Source: Octopus sinensis (taxonomy: Eukaryota). From it: DNA of 64,000 nt. The translations under genes were made by a program, and so were the position numbers. The notes beneath the pieces were generated by a model that did not search any database, was not told the origin of the DNA, and saw nothing but the letters and a program-made list of their open reading frames with translations. Positions 28,425 through 42,600 of the stretch are shown here, in pieces (within the stretch, counting starts at the first letter, position 1; every line of letters begins with the position of its first letter). The stretch is from assembly GCF_006345805.1 (NCBI RefSeq), contig NC_043002.1, positions 17,732,001 through 17,796,000 of the forward strand, given 5' to 3'.

Positions 28425-29245
28425 CAGTATAAAAATTACAAAAGGATATTAATTTTCCTACATATGGATGTACCAATAGAAAATTAATACATTTATAAAT
28501 ATGATACAAGAAAAACCTGCATACAAAAGTTCCCTTTACTTTTCATATTTCATATTTTTCCTCTATGCAGGATCTACAGAATTTATTGCTAATTTTCTAA
28601 CAAGGTGCATGTGCTAATATCTTCCATTTGATTGTGTAGTTAATTTTTTTCATATGCCATAATTTTCTTAGATAGTCCTGTACTATTCCTTTTGTTTTGG
28701 TCCCCAAAAATCTATTCGTTCTTAGGTATACTTAATTTAACCCAATTCTGCATCGATCCCTAATTACTGTTGCCTGGTTTATGACATTTGTACTCTGCAA
28801 TCCCTGTCTAATTTCATATATCTGGCTCTATACAATTACAATTTAGATTTTGACTAGATAATGAAGTGTTATTATGCTTTGTATTATAAATTAGCTACTC
28901 TGTAAAGGTATTTTATTTTTGTTACGTGCTTTACTGTCTATTTCTGTTTTTTTTTTTCATTTTCATAGAATAAATCGCGTTTTCTATTATTAAACGAGGA
29001 AATTATCCTAAAAAGTTTGGGAGAAACAGAAAATCCAAATCCTGAATATTTGCCATTAAATGTTTTTAAGTATCTAGTGTTTTTAAAGTTTTTTTTTAAT
29101 TTATAATCTTTCTAATAGATTTAATAAATTTTGTCTTTAATTATTTAATTGTTTTATCTGAGTCTACCTTATTCATATATTCATTTACTGTCACAATATC
29201 ATTTTTTTCTAACACAGAGTATTAATTACTCCCTTACTCTGTTTT

Positions 29246-29745
29246 TATTATTATTAATATTATGTGTTTGACTTTTGCTTTGTATTTGTATAATTTGGCT
29301 CCAAGTCACACCCGGAGACCTCATGAGACAAGTTAGAGGTTCATGCTGGCGTTATGCCTAGGGTGCCATATATTTGGTAATGCACATTACATCGTTCTAG
29401 AGAATGTTTAAGAAAACATAAGAAAATTATGAATTTGTTTTAAAATTTGAGATTACATAGACTGTATTTCACGTAGGATATGAAGAGTTCCCATGAGTAC
29501 TATCTTTTGAATATCTGCCATTTTTGGGTTTCCTGGTATCTGAGCTAGGTAACAATCATCCCCTTTTACTTTCATTCCTAGGGCAAATATGACAACAGGT
29601 ATTGTTTTTGTCTTCAGGTTCCACATTTTGCCAATTTCTATTTCAAGATCTTTATACTTGCTCAGTTTTTGGTAGGTCTTGACAGATACGTTTATAAGAT
29701 ACGTCTTTAAGTGATGTATGAAAATCAATCTTCTACACTTTCATT
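29246..29745 (-). mobile_element. 3' end of R4/Dong-like non-LTR retrotransposon (third lineage) with (AAT)n tail remnant
   Basis: ORF 29453-29728: INVSV..KTYQKLSKYKDLEIEIGKMWNLKTKTIPVVIFALG..IQKIVLMGTLHILR, then 3' UTR and a TTATTATTA tail at 29246-29262. Confidence 0.85.
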
Positions 29746-30209
29746 AGAAATCAGATACATTATTAATAATTTAATTATTATATATATATTTTTATCCGGA
29801 TGAATATGGCTTTAATATGAATTTTGTCCATGGATCTTCTCGTTATGGAAATCTTGGTACTCTTTGTTAGAAACATTTGCCTAGGATTAACATCCAATCT
29901 GCGTCATTTCATTTATTTGATGAAATATACTGAATTTATATATATGTGTGTGTGCGTGTGTATGTGTTTGTGCGTGTGTGTATGTGTGTGTATGCAGGTA
30001 TGTGTGTACATGCACATCCTCCGCGCGCACGTGTATATGTATATGACTGTATAAATATGTACTTGAATATGTTTGTTGAGCTGTCAACTGAGTGAAGAAT
30101 TCAATGCATTTGCTGCGGAGTTATAACTTGGAGTAAAATGTATTTCCTGCTATACTTTGCAGAATGTTTCATTTCAAGAGAAAATGTTCTGGCGCAGAAT
30201 ATAATTGTA

Positions 30210-30255
<46 letters not shown>

Positions 30256-30265
30256 TTATAGTTAA

Positions 30266-31585
30266 ATAGAGAGGGTTTCCTCAATGACTTTATGCAATTT
30301 CAGAAAATCATTATATAAAATTTTGACGCGGTAGCAACTGAATTTTTTTAATAATAAAATATTAATATGTTTTCATCATTAAAGCTTTTAATGGTGTTAA
30401 TAGTTTTATTAATCGTATGCTTTTATGTTTTAGATAGCAATTAATGTTTTTATGTTTCAGGTGAAGACTAATCTGCAAGAAAAAGCTCAATGTGTGTCTT
30501 ACTTTATCGAAACAAAGTCAGATATTGAAGCATAAGGAAATTACACAGCTAATTATGAAAAACAAGCTCCGCCACATCATTCGTTTCGTAACTGACATAG
30601 GCAATTTATGGAACCGGTGACGGTGCTACATAAACCATAAAGTGGAAGTTCAAGAGCATCTGAAGAAGATGCTGAGCGTACCAATCAGTCTTTTCAACAC
30701 TCCTTGTTTCAGTCCATCTGTATTGCTTCCGCTCAACTGCATCTACCTAGGCCAACAATTTATAACCTGTGTCTTAAAAGCTTTTGGCTTTATGCATTTA
30801 AAAATCAATAATTGCAAGTATTTACGGTAAGTGGCTAACTGCAATGAAATGAATTTGCAACTACTGCCTTGGAAAATATCGAAGATGAAAATGACTTACT
30901 TAATCACATCTGCTTTACGGTTGATGCAACCTTTCATGTGTCTGGGGAACTTATTAAGCATAATGCAAGATCCCAAAAGTCAATGTGTGGTGCAGGATTA
31001 CGTGCTACAAAGTTATTGGTTCTGTTTTCTTTCTGGAAAAGACAATAACAGCTCATACTTTGCTATTCGAAAAGAATACGGTGTGCCACAACTAGAAAAG
31101 CTCCATCCGGATATCATATTTCAGGAAGATGGCCACTATCTCATTGGGGACACAAACGTCCCCTACTTTTTAAAAAGGGTTTCCAGAGTGCGGAATATGA
31201 AGAGTTGGCTTTATTTTTGCGCCTTTCTTCCCCACATATATGATTTTTCTTGTGGGTCTCAATGAAAGATATTGCGTACTGCATTAAAGGGCTTGGATGG
31301 TTAAACAAAGAATACTGCCTCTACTGAAGACTATTGCGACTGATGATGAAGGTGTATTAAGAAGGACATGGGTAGAAATTGAATGACATAGATAGCAATT
31401 GAATGGCATGGATAGAAATCCAATGTCCCTCGCAGAAAAAATGGGGCCCATATAGATATTTAATAACTATTCGTATATAAACTTCACTATTTATTTCATT
31501 TGTGAACATTTGAACAGTGTCCGGTTTTCTTAGTAATTTTCATAAGATTTTGTATTTTTGTAATGACTTTGGGCACACGCTGTAC
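30266..31585 (+). mobile_element. Decayed Tc1/mariner-superfamily transposon (DUF4817-HTH / rosa-like type)
   Basis: LQEKAQCVSYFIETKSD, AFGFMHLK (shifted AYK region), SDDATFHVSG, PKVNVWC, VPQLEKLHPDIIFQED, YDFSCG..KDI; broken frames. Ends only weakly invert-match. Confidence 0.8.
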
Positions 31586-31681
31586 GTATATGTGTATATG
31601 TGTGTGTTGCCCATCTCTCTCTCTATCCATATATGTATATAAACTAACAAATACATGCATATACATCTGTATGTATATATG

Positions 31682-31761
<80 letters not shown>

Positions 31762-32035
31762 ATATAATATATATATATAGATCAATAAATGGTGGGGTTG
31801 TGTTGACCGCACGTGGAGAAATGATAAGTAAGGAAAAAATTTTTTTAAAATGCAGAATGCTCAAATGAAAGAAAATTTTAATAAAATGAGAAATTGATAA
31901 AATATATAATATATATTTATTCAACCGGTTTTCGTCATTGTATGACTTGTCAAGAATATTATGTTTTAAAAAGTTTTTTTTAAATTAGAAAGGGGAAAAA
32001 AAGAAAATTGCATTGTTTTTTGTAAAAGATCCTTA

Positions 32036-32118
<83 letters not shown>

Positions 32119-32757
32119 GCAGCGTGGAAGGTGTTTATAAGCCATTTAAGAAACACACAAAATCCGTTAGATTCACTTCAACATTTAAATTTAATTGAAA
32201 TGTATGTATGTTTGTATGTACGTATGTATGTATGTGTTTACATGTATGTGCGCATGCATGTGTGCATGGCGATACGCATGTATGTACGTACTTACTGTAC
32301 AAAACTGACACTATGTCACCCTGAAAGATGACTTTTTGTTTGTGAATGCTATCAGTTCCAATTTGCTCCTCGTTTCTAAGTTTTATTGGATTTGCTCCTT
32401 CTCATTTCTTGGTTTGGTTTTCCTGGATCATCTTGGTAAGTTGTGCCTGCTGTATATAACCCCTTTCCGGCAGCTTACTCAGGTGTTGTTAAGTCGGTAG
32501 CACGATGACAATGCAAAAATAGATTGAAGCACAAAGTGAATCATAATTAAAGGATGTTCTGACAGCTACTGGGCAGCAACGTTTAGCAAGGGTGATTTGG
32601 CTATTGAAGGAGTGTATTTGCAAACGAAAACAATTGGGGAAGACCAAGGGTGTCTTTGATAATTTCTACATACAATTGTATGAGATCTCGTCGATAGAAG
32701 GTGAAATTCTTCAGCCAATAGCCTGATATAAGGTCTGACTTGGAGATTGCCCGTTTG

Positions 32758-33061
32758 GTGGAGGCATATGGCTTAGTGGTTAGAGCAGCGGACTCACGGT
32801 CGAGGGATCGCGGGTTCGAATCTCAAACTGGGCGATGTGTATGCTTATGAGCGAAACGCCTAAGCTCCACACGGCTCCGGCAGAAGGTAATGGCGAACTT
32901 CTGCCGACTCTTTCGCCACAACTTTCTCTCACTCTTTCCTCCTGCATCTTGCAGCGCCCCTGCGACGGACCGGCGTATCGTCGAGGTGGGGAACCTATAC
33001 GCCAAGGAAACCGGGAAACCGGCCCTTATGAGCCAAGCGTGGCTCGAGAAGGAACAAACAA
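32758..33061 (+). mobile_element. tRNA-derived SINE, family B' (head and centre of family B, different 3' tail)
   Basis: GTGGAGGCATATGGCTTAGTGGTTAGAGCAGCGGACTC..GGGTTCGAATCTC. Shares AAGCTCCAC..GCTCCGGC..ACTCTTTC.CCACAACTTTCTCTCACTCTT with family B; tail ends GGAACAAACAA. Confidence 0.88.
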
Positions 33062-33543
33062 TTGGCTGTATGACATTTTCTGTAGAACAGTTTCCAATAT
33101 TTCGACGTCTGTTTCATGTTGCTTTTCGTGGGTATGCTGGCAATAGTCCTCCTCCAGTTCTTTTAGCTATACCTATATGTACATATGTATAATTATCTTC
33201 GGCTACATATAATGTTATTTCTTTCCTCTGTCTTGTTGTCTTCTGTGCTATTTTTACATTTCTATGTACATCGCTGAGAAATATACAATTATGCTATTAC
33301 CATCCATCCCTTTGCTAAAGATAATATTATATAATATTCTCTGTGCATTTCCGAAATATCACTACTAGTATTATATATTTTTGCATATATACTTGTGTAC
33401 AATTGTGGCAGTGATTTATATATATGTATGTGCGTGTAAGAAATAGAGAGGGGATGGAGACATAGAGAGAGAAAGAGAGTATTTTTGTCTATGTCTGTGT
33501 ATATGTACAAGTAGTTTAGATAGATAGATACATATGTATTCAG

Positions 33544-33575
<32 letters not shown>

Positions 33576-34629
33576 TTCAACGTAGAATGATCGATAGGCA
33601 TTCATTCTCTCATAAACTTTCATACACATATACGTACAGTCGCGTATATTTCAGCAAGGTAAATGAAATTTCGTGATGGAGGGTGAAAAATCTAAAGGAT
33701 ATAGTCATTAAAAACACGATAAACTGAGAGTTTCAGCACGATCAAAAGCTTTTCTAAACAATTTAATATCGGTATTTTCCAAAAATTTTAATATTTCTTG
33801 TTGAAAAATAGTGCAAGGCAATTTCTTCCACAAAGAAGGAAGCCAACTTTGTTTTCATGTAGAAAATAGTTCTTTTTAATGTTGCTGTTTTTATTTGTTT
33901 TTGTTGTGTTCCTTTTTTAACTTTTACGGTGGGTAGAAGGTTACGCGTTTTTGATCTCTACATATCTTTCGAATAGCTTGATAATATGGGATCTAAAAAA
34001 TTAATATACGTTTTTTTGTTTTGCTTATTTATTTATTTAGTTTTGTTTTTGTTCTGGGATAATGAGAATTTATTGTTTGTTCAACGTGTGTGTATGTGTG
34101 TGTGTACATGTGTGTGCGTGTGTGCGCGTGTGTGTTACGTTCTGTATAAAGTTAAAATGCTGTAATAATTGATTATATATTGCAATAACCACAAGGAATG
34201 TTTAATGTAGTCCTAGATACTCCAAGATGTAAGAAATAATATGATCATGGTTGGTTAGTCTTGGATAATAAGTTTACTTCATAACGGTTGACCTAGGGTT
34301 AAATAACAAAACTGATATGGAAAAGCTCCATATTGTACTGTTTATATAATGATCTTTTTGTTCTCATTCATTTCATAAAGTTTACGGTCCAAGCGATTCT
34401 ATAAGCCTAAAACAATATTTTTCGGTTGTTGTTTTATTTGACTTGCGCCATTATGTAATCGAGAATTTCTTGAAAGTTTTTTAAAACACCAAAGATTATC
34501 CATTCCTGGATATTCCGGAAGAAACTAGAAAACTAGGCCTTCATTTTTTTTCCTGCTTCAATTGAGAGCCATATATATCTGAGGGGGCATGACCTGGTGG
34601 TTAATGTGTTGAACTTACGATAGCTGCAT

Positions 34630-34800
34630 CAGGATTTCAGTTTCTCCGTCTTTCTTTTCTATTTGACTTTCGTCTGTTTCTGAAGAAGAGCTTTGCTCGA
34701 AACGTAAAACCAACTTTCTTTCCCTCCCTGAGCGTCTGATAATACTTTACTTTTACCACGTCCTCACTTTGTTGTTTTTTTGTGTTTGTTCTTCATTGAT
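34630..34800 (+). mobile_element. Penelope-like pseudo-LTR repeat (hammerhead family F1)
   Basis: Collinear with the reverse complement of 60645-60815 (CCTGAGCGTCT.ATAA.ACT.TACTT..CCACGTCCTC.C.TTGT). Lies upstream of a PLE endonuclease remnant. Confidence 0.7.
34676..34710 (+). ncRNA. Minimal type I hammerhead ribozyme (canonical core)
   Basis: GTTT-CTGAAGA-A-GAGC ttt GCTC-GAAAC-GTA-AAAC. Helix I GTTT/AAAC, helix II GAGC/GCTC, predicted cleavage 3' of 34706. Confidence 0.82.
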
Positions 34801-34924
34801 AAGCTCTGATTATCAGTGTAAAGTTCCTTCCGATTCTGATGTCTTGTTTTTACACATGTAGTTCTTCATCTCAGTTGTCAAAAAAGAATATCTCACCATT
34901 ACTCTGCATTTACACATATCAATA

Positions 34925-35170
34925 AACACATCAATATTGGTTTTAGTAAATTAATTTGGTCTCTTAAGGAACATAATATACAATTTGATTTGGAATGGAA
35001 CATCTATCTAGATCCTTACAATATGATAAAGATAAATCCCTTTGTCTGTTTTGTAACGAAGAACTCTCATCCTGTTCTCGGCGAATACTCTTGTAAACAC
35101 GTTTAACGAATGCGTTTAACATTGCACTCATTGGCAAAAGCATACCTTTATTTCCTACCAATCTATAAAA
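34925..35170 (+). pseudogene. Penelope-like element GIY-YIG endonuclease C-terminal remnant
   Basis: Broken-frame reading FSKLIWSLKEHNIQFDLEWNI..PYN..CLFCNEEL..LTN..CTHWQKHTF matches the L..HIW.LK..W.I..C.LC..E..LN.R..C.H pattern of PLE endonuclease ends. Confidence 0.65.
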
Positions 35171-35800
35171 TTCGACTTTTGTCTGTCTGCTTACATTTCA
35201 TTTCCACTACATATATTTATTTACACGCCTTTAAGATTTATTTCTACCCGTCTATCTTTCTCCACTTTTAATTTTCTGTTAATTTCTTCTTCTCTTTCTC
35301 TAAATTGCCTTTGACGATAAATTTATTAACGTTTTTTTTTTTTAAAATAACTTGCCAGCGTTCCCTTCATCATACACGCGGTAATCACATTGAGTTAAAA
35401 TGACTTATTGATGTGTTTTGTTTCTCTTGTTTTCCTGATGAGATGATTACATTGTTTTACATCATTTTATTCCCTCAGGAATAATAATGGTTGGAAGTAT
35501 AAAGATCTGAATAACACTCGCGTTTAACTACAATTCTTAATTTATTTACGTCATACATAAACGTTTCCCTAAATCCTAGCACTTATGTGAATTTTTGCTA
35601 CCCTGGTAACTATTTATTTTTTCCGTGTTATTTGTACATGTTGAAAAATTACTCATAAATTTATATATATATATATATATGTATGCATGTATGTATGTAT
35701 GTGTGTGTATGTATTATATACACACACACATACACACACACACATATACATACATATATATATATATATTTCTATTTTTAATTTTTTTAACGTAACAGGT

Positions 35801-35971
35801 ACTCTTTACTCTTTTACTTGTTTCAGTCATTTGACTGTGGCCAAGCTGGAGCACCACCTTTTTAGTCGATCAAATTGACCCCAGGACTTATTCTTTCTAA
35901 GCCTATTACTTATTCTATCGGTCTCTTTTGCCGAACCGCTAAGTTACGGGGACGCATACACACACACACAT

Positions 35972-36033
<62 letters not shown>

Positions 36034-36180
36034 CATATATATACTACGCGCTTCTTTCAGTTTCCGTCTACCAAATTCAGTGACAAGGCTTTGGTCGGCC
36101 CAAGGTGCCACGCAGTGGGACTGAACCCGGAACCATGTGGTTGGTAAGCAAGCTACTTACGACACAGCCACTCCTACGCC
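35801..36180 (-). mobile_element. tRNA-derived SINE, family C, near full length
   Basis: Minus-strand head GGCGTAGGAGTGGCTGTGTCGTAAG..GGTTCAGTCCCAC, CORE-like CACCTTGGGC, internal (TA)n/(TG)n, tail ..CAAATGACTGAAACAAGTAAAAGAGT. Confidence 0.88.
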
Positions 36181-36446
36181 TATTTGTATATAATTTTCAG
36201 TATCATAATAAGAGTTGAGGTTTTCAATAGTTAACAACTCTGAACTTCGACAAACGAAGCTATTGAACATCTGTTACCAGATCTGTAATGATTTCGCAAC
36301 ATTAACCACGTGACAATTGGTGCGTTGCTGTTATTGCTATATCGCCTTATAATGCCCCAGCAATTCTACTGGATACCAGCCGTACTAGAAAATACTCCCC
36401 ACTCCACCTGTGTAGATGCCGACAACTTTGATACATAGCATGTGAT

Positions 36447-36833
36447 GGATGGAAGCACTCCGTCGGTTACGACGACGAGGGTTCCGGTTGATGCGAATCA
36501 ACGGAACAGCCTGCTCGTGAAATTAACGTGTAAGTGGCTGAGCACTCCGCAGACACGTGTACCATTAACGTAGTTCTCGGGGATATTCAGCGTGACACAG
36601 AGAGTGACAAGGCCGGCCCTTTGAAATACAAGTACAACAGAAACAGGAAGTAAGAGTGAGAGAAAGTTGTGGTGAAAGAGTACAACAGGGATCACCACCA
36701 TCCCCTGCCGGAGCCTTGTGGAGCTTTAGGTGTTTTCGCTCAATAAACACTCACAACGCCCAGTCTGGGAATCGAAACCGCGATCCTATGATCGCGAGTC
36801 CGCTGCCCTAACCACTGGGCCATTGCGCCTCCA
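36447..36833 (-). mobile_element. SINE family B, full length and young
   Basis: Highly similar to 22647-23035. TSD (CA)TAGCATGTGAT at 36434-36446 and 36832-36844. Confidence 0.92.
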
Positions 36834-38413
36834 TAGCATGTGATACAGTATGGTTGACTGGACATATAGACATTCCATCATCCCATCTGATGTAGAGACA
36901 TGTATATTTTGTAGGTGGCCTTATTGAAGAAAACGAATGTGACCTCATTCAGCGTTCAATGTCGCTGTTCTTCTAAATTCATTTTGTGTTATGTTCATTT
37001 CCAAACGAGTATTCAAGACTCCTGAAACTCTACTGATGATACCATAGCTATTTGTGAGGCTATGTTTATTTAGACTGAGTGAGGTAGCGTTGACCAGTAA
37101 TATTATGATAATGTTAAAGATGTATCTGATCCTTCGTGGATATAACCTTTTAGCTTCGTTCGTAAATGAATTTAAATATGTTCGTAGGATCTGTTTTGTT
37201 TAGAGATAGAGTTTGATATAATAAAATATACCCCTTGAATATTCAAGTGTTGTATATTTATTTCGTTTCATTTTGTGGTTGGTGTATGAGTTATGGTCTG
37301 TGTGCAGCTTGGGATTATTGAAAATAAGCCGCTTTGTAATCCTTATAGTTAATTGGGTGCTGTTGTAGAGGAATTGGGTGCTCAGTGAAGGCTTATAGAA
37401 TCCACGAGGTATCTAATGCATTGTGGTACATTAGTGTTCTTGTTGGCAACATGTACGTATGTATGTTCGTCATCTCGAAACAAATTAAACTTCTGCATCA
37501 CGGTAAACTATGTACCCAGGCTAGTCTCTACGCAGGAGTATAAGCAGAAGCAACAGAACCTAAGTATTTTGATCACGAATAAAGCAAAGCTATTCCAACG
37601 ACATATATTATGCATTAATGTAAATGATAAAATGCTTCTTGGCAAAGGATTGAAATACTTCTGGGTTTTATATTAATGTTTAATAACTTTATTTCACATA
37701 TAAATTCATAGGCAGTGCACTTGGTTCAATCGATTTCATGATAATGAAATAAATCTATAACAGGTAATTTTAAAAACAAATCTTGCAATTATTATTGTAT
37801 CTTGTCTATTATGTCTAAGCAGATAAAATAAATTTGAACTGAATAAAATTCTTTTATTACCATTTACAGTATCAAAGTACAAATTTGTCTTATAGAACAA
37901 AATAATTAAATATAGAAGATACATAAATTCACAGCTTATAAACATAAGTGATTAAAGAAAATAGCAGTATGTAGCATTTTAATTATATATAATTTAGATT
38001 CGGTATCTTTTTGATCGTTCGTTAAGTATTGGAATCATGTGTTCGCTATGAAGTTTCTAACTTTGAATCAAGTCAAAATATATCATTACCATTATTAAAG
38101 AGGCATATTTCTCCGAGGCATTACACAGAGAGATGCAGCTTTTCGTAGATAAATATAAACTTAATTAATGCATCTATTGTAACTAGGCATACATTAAAAA
38201 TTATCATTGTTTCGGGCGAGTTACGTCAGAAAATTGTCAGTAAAGAGTTTTTTTGTTTGCTCTAGGAATAATAGTTGATACACATACACAATTATCAATC
38301 GAACACATATGAATATATATATATATCTATGTGTCTATGTATTTCAGTATGTTTCTTTATAAATATTTCCTTCGTAAGGAAGAACATTTTCATAAATAAT
38401 CACTGAAGCGCCG

Positions 38414-38475
38414 AGGCGGTGCTCCAGTATGGTCACAGTCAAATGACTGAAACAAGTAAAAGAGTAAGAGTAAAG
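38414..38475 (+). mobile_element. Isolated 3' tail of SINE family C or its partner LINE
   Basis: AGGCGGTGCTCCAGTATGGTCACAGTCAAATGACTGAAACAAGTAAAAGAGT matches the family C tail. Confidence 0.8.
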
Positions 38476-38536
38476 AAGAGAGTATTTATATGTGTACATG
38501 TGTGTGTGTGTGTGTGTGGACGTACGTATGTATATG

Positions 38537-38611
<75 letters not shown>

Positions 38612-38833
38612 AATTATACTTATTTTCACAGTTGTACTGCCAAGATTTTTAGAGCGACGTGAATCTTTATCCTTACATCAACTATCGTCATTCTTTTTCT
38701 TCATCTACTTGGTGGAGGCCTTTGTGTGAGATTTATTTCATTCTTTAAATTATTATATGCGTGTGTATGAGTATGCATGCATGTATATATATATATATAT
38801 GTATATATATGTATATAAATATGTATATTTTTT

Positions 38834-39159
<326 letters not shown>

Positions 39160-39226
39160 GCGGGCATACGTGCGCGCACACATCCATAGAAGCATACAAC
39201 CTTACAAGCATACAGGCAATCGCCAT

Positions 39227-39368
39227 AAGGCGGCGAGCTGGCAGTGTCGTTAGCATGCCGGACGAATTGCTCAGTGGGATTTCCTCTGCCGCTACGTTCT
39301 GAGCTCAAATTCCGCCGCGATCGATTTTGCCTTTCATCCTTTCGGCGTCGATAAATTAAGTACCAGTT
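39227..39368 (+). mobile_element. SINE family A, 3'-truncated
   Basis: Head, B box and core present, stopping after AAGTACCAGTT. Confidence 0.88.
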
Positions 39369-39624
39369 AATCCGCCTGTCTGAAGCATACACCCATTCAC
39401 TCACACAAACATTATACACACACGCGCACACATACAGGCACACCTTCACGCACACATATATAAACATTCTCAGATATATATAAAAAACTGTCATCTTAGT
39501 TTAGATTCCGTTTCCAGAAGAGAAAACTAATTTCTTTTTTTATATTTTCCCCTGAAAGCTAATTGTATAGACGGCTCATTTTTAGTAACAGATTACAATC
39601 TCCAATGATTGCAACAATACTCTG

Positions 39625-39638
39625 TATTATTATTATTA

Positions 39639-39681
<43 letters not shown>
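39625..39681. repeat. (TTA)n tract at the 3' end of the R4/Dong element
   Basis: Direct reading. Confidence 0.95.
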
Positions 39682-39684
<3 letters not shown>

Positions 39685-42600
39685 TAGTTTTATTTTTATA
39701 GCGTGCTTTCATTTCACTACCGAGCGCAGCTCTGTGTGCCTTGGGTATGTGCTGTGATTTGTTGTGATGCTCTGATGGTTATTGTATGGAAAGTGTTCTG
39801 CGTAGGATGTGTGCAGTGCCTAGTAGTGCAATTTTCTGTATGTTATATGTGTTTGTAAGTCCTGGTGTTTTTGTTATGTATTTGTCTGAATATTTTTTAT
39901 CATGCCTAATGCACCTACTATGATAGGAATTGTTTCTGTTTTCAGGTTCCACATTCTAGTTACCTCTATTTCCAGGTCTTTGTATTTTGAGAGTTTCTCC
40001 ATTTCTTTTAGAGACACGTTGTCATCTGCCGGTATTGATACATCAATTAGAAAGCATTTTTTTCTTCATGATCTCTGACAACTATATCTGGTCTGTTGGC
40101 CTTAATTTCTCTATCTGTGTGTATCGGCATATCCCAGAGTATGGTTGCATTCTCGTTTTCTGTGACCTTTTCTGGTGTGTGCCTATACCATTTTTTTCTG
40201 TTGTTATTCCATAATGTTGGCATAGCTTCCAATGTATGTAGGTTCCAACTCTGTCATGTCTGTGAATATATTATTTCTTAGCCAGGACTGGGCAGCTAGA
40301 GATAATATGATTTATGTTTCTTGTCCATCTCCACATATTCTGCAGTTACTTGTAATATTTCTTTTCATTACATGTTTTTGGTAATTTCTGGTGGGGAGGC
40401 TTTGGTCTTGTGCTGCAATTAAAAATCCCTCTGTTTCTGCTTTGAGTCCTGAGCTTCTCAACCATTGCTGGGATTTTTCTTTCTCTATTTCTTTTGCGTT
40501 TAGTTTAGTGCAGTATTTACCATGAAGGGGCTTTTCTTGCCATCGTTTTACCATGGCTCGTTGCTGTTCTATTTTTAGTTTGGATTTCATTTGTTTTATA
40601 GCTTTTGTTGTTTCTTCATCATCTTCTTCTTCTTCTTTGTGTTTATTAGGTGGTATCATTTCTTGTTTGTATATGTCAGCTTCCTTAAATACTGAGAACA
40701 GTTTTTTTGTTTTGCTCGTGTTTTGCTGCTGTCTGGATCAGTTTTCCTTCCTTCTGAAGTAGGTATTTTTGCAGTCCTATGGTGGTTATTTTATAGTAGT
40801 TTTCCAGCTGTATAAGGCCTCTACCACCTTCTATACGTTGTATATATAGTCTTTCTATGTCAGATTTTGGGTGATGCATCCTAGATCCTGTCAGTATTTT
40901 TCTTGTTTTCCTATCTATTTTCGACAGTTCATTTCGAGTCCAGTTAAGGATAGTGTAGCTGTAACTTATAACTGGGACAGCTAAAGTGTTGATACCTATT
41001 ATCTTGTTTTTAGCATTGAGCTCTGTTTTTAGTATTGATCTAACTCGTCTATAATATTCTTTTTTTATTTTCTCTTTCATTTGTGTGTGTTGTGTCTTAT
41101 CTAGTTCATGGATTCCTAAGTATTTGTAAGTTTGGCTTTGGTCTAATTCTTTTATTTCATTGGTTTTATCTAGTGTGATGTTGTTACTCTTAACTAGTTT
41201 TCCTCTTTCATGGTTACTTTGGCGCATTTTTCTAATCCAAATTTCATATCTATTTCTTTGGTAAATCCATGAACTGTCTTTAATAGAGTTTCCAGCTGTT
41301 TGTCATTTGCAGCGTATAGTTTTAGGTCATCCATATATAAAAGGTGGCTGATCGTTTTGCCGTAACATTTATATCCGCATCCAGTTCTATTTAGCATATC
41401 AGATAGAGGTGACAGTGCCAAGCAGAAAAGGAGTGGAGAGAGCGTGTCTCCCTGGAATATTCCTCTTCTAATGGGGATGTCTTTGGTTTTCATGAGTCCC
41501 TCTTTTGTTTGGAGGTGTAGGACTGTTTGCCATTTATTCATAGAGTGCTCTATGAATTTTATGATTGTTGGTGCTACTTTGTTAATGGCTAGTGTTTCGA
41601 GGATACATGTGTGGGGGGTGCTATCAAACGCCTTTTTGTAGTCAATCCAGGCCATACTGAGGCCTTTCTTCTTTCTGTGGCTGTCTTCAGTTACGGCTTT
41701 ATTAATCATTAGTTGATCTTTACAGCCATATGAGCCCTAGCGGCATCCTTCTGCTCTTCTGGGAACAGTTTGTTTTCGTCCAGGCTTGTTCAGCCTTTGC
41801 GATATCACTGCAGTAAATGCCTTGAACATAGTAGGGAGGTAGGTTATTGGTCTGTAGTTTTCTGGTTTTTCTGTTTCATTTGATTTGGGAATTAAGATGG
41901 TTTTCCCCTTCGTGAGCCATTCAGGCATGTCTCTGGCTCTGCTAGTATGCTGTTAAAGTTTTCAGCCAGCTTTTTGTGCATTCCTGTTAGATATTTCAAC
42001 CAGAAGTTGGGGATCTTGTCATGCCCAGGTGCCTTCCAGTTGCTTAGTTTTTGCAGTGCCTGGGTGACCTCTTCAATTGTTATGGGGGTCCAAAGTTGTT
42101 CAGATGCCGAGTTTGTTATTTTCATACTCTTTTTTTTGGCTGTTCGTTCGCCGACCATATTTCTCTCCAGAATTCTTCCAATTCTTCTGCCGTTGGTGCT
42201 GCAGTGACTTCTATTTTATTTTTGCCCAGTTCTTGGTAGAACTTTTTGGGGTCGGAGTTGAACTTTTTGTTCTGTTCAAAGAAGCGTTGGCGTTTCTCGT
42301 ACCGGCGGATCCTTTGAGCTTTGGCAAGGATATCTTGCTTCAGCTTTTCTTTTATCTCCGGCAAATCTTTTTCTTTGATGTTATATTTGCGGAGCATTTT
42401 TGTTCTCTTTTTGTTGCTCAGTAGCGTTGCTTGTTTGCTGATTTCATTAAGAATCGACAGGTCTTTTCTAATTTTTTTTATTTTGTTTTGGATGTTATTT
42501 ATCCACAGGGTTTGTTTGGGTGGTGGTACTCCTGTTGGGCGGGTTTGGGTGAGTATCCAGCTTCTTTTGTGGCTGCAGTGGCTGCTGCGTATATCAAGTC

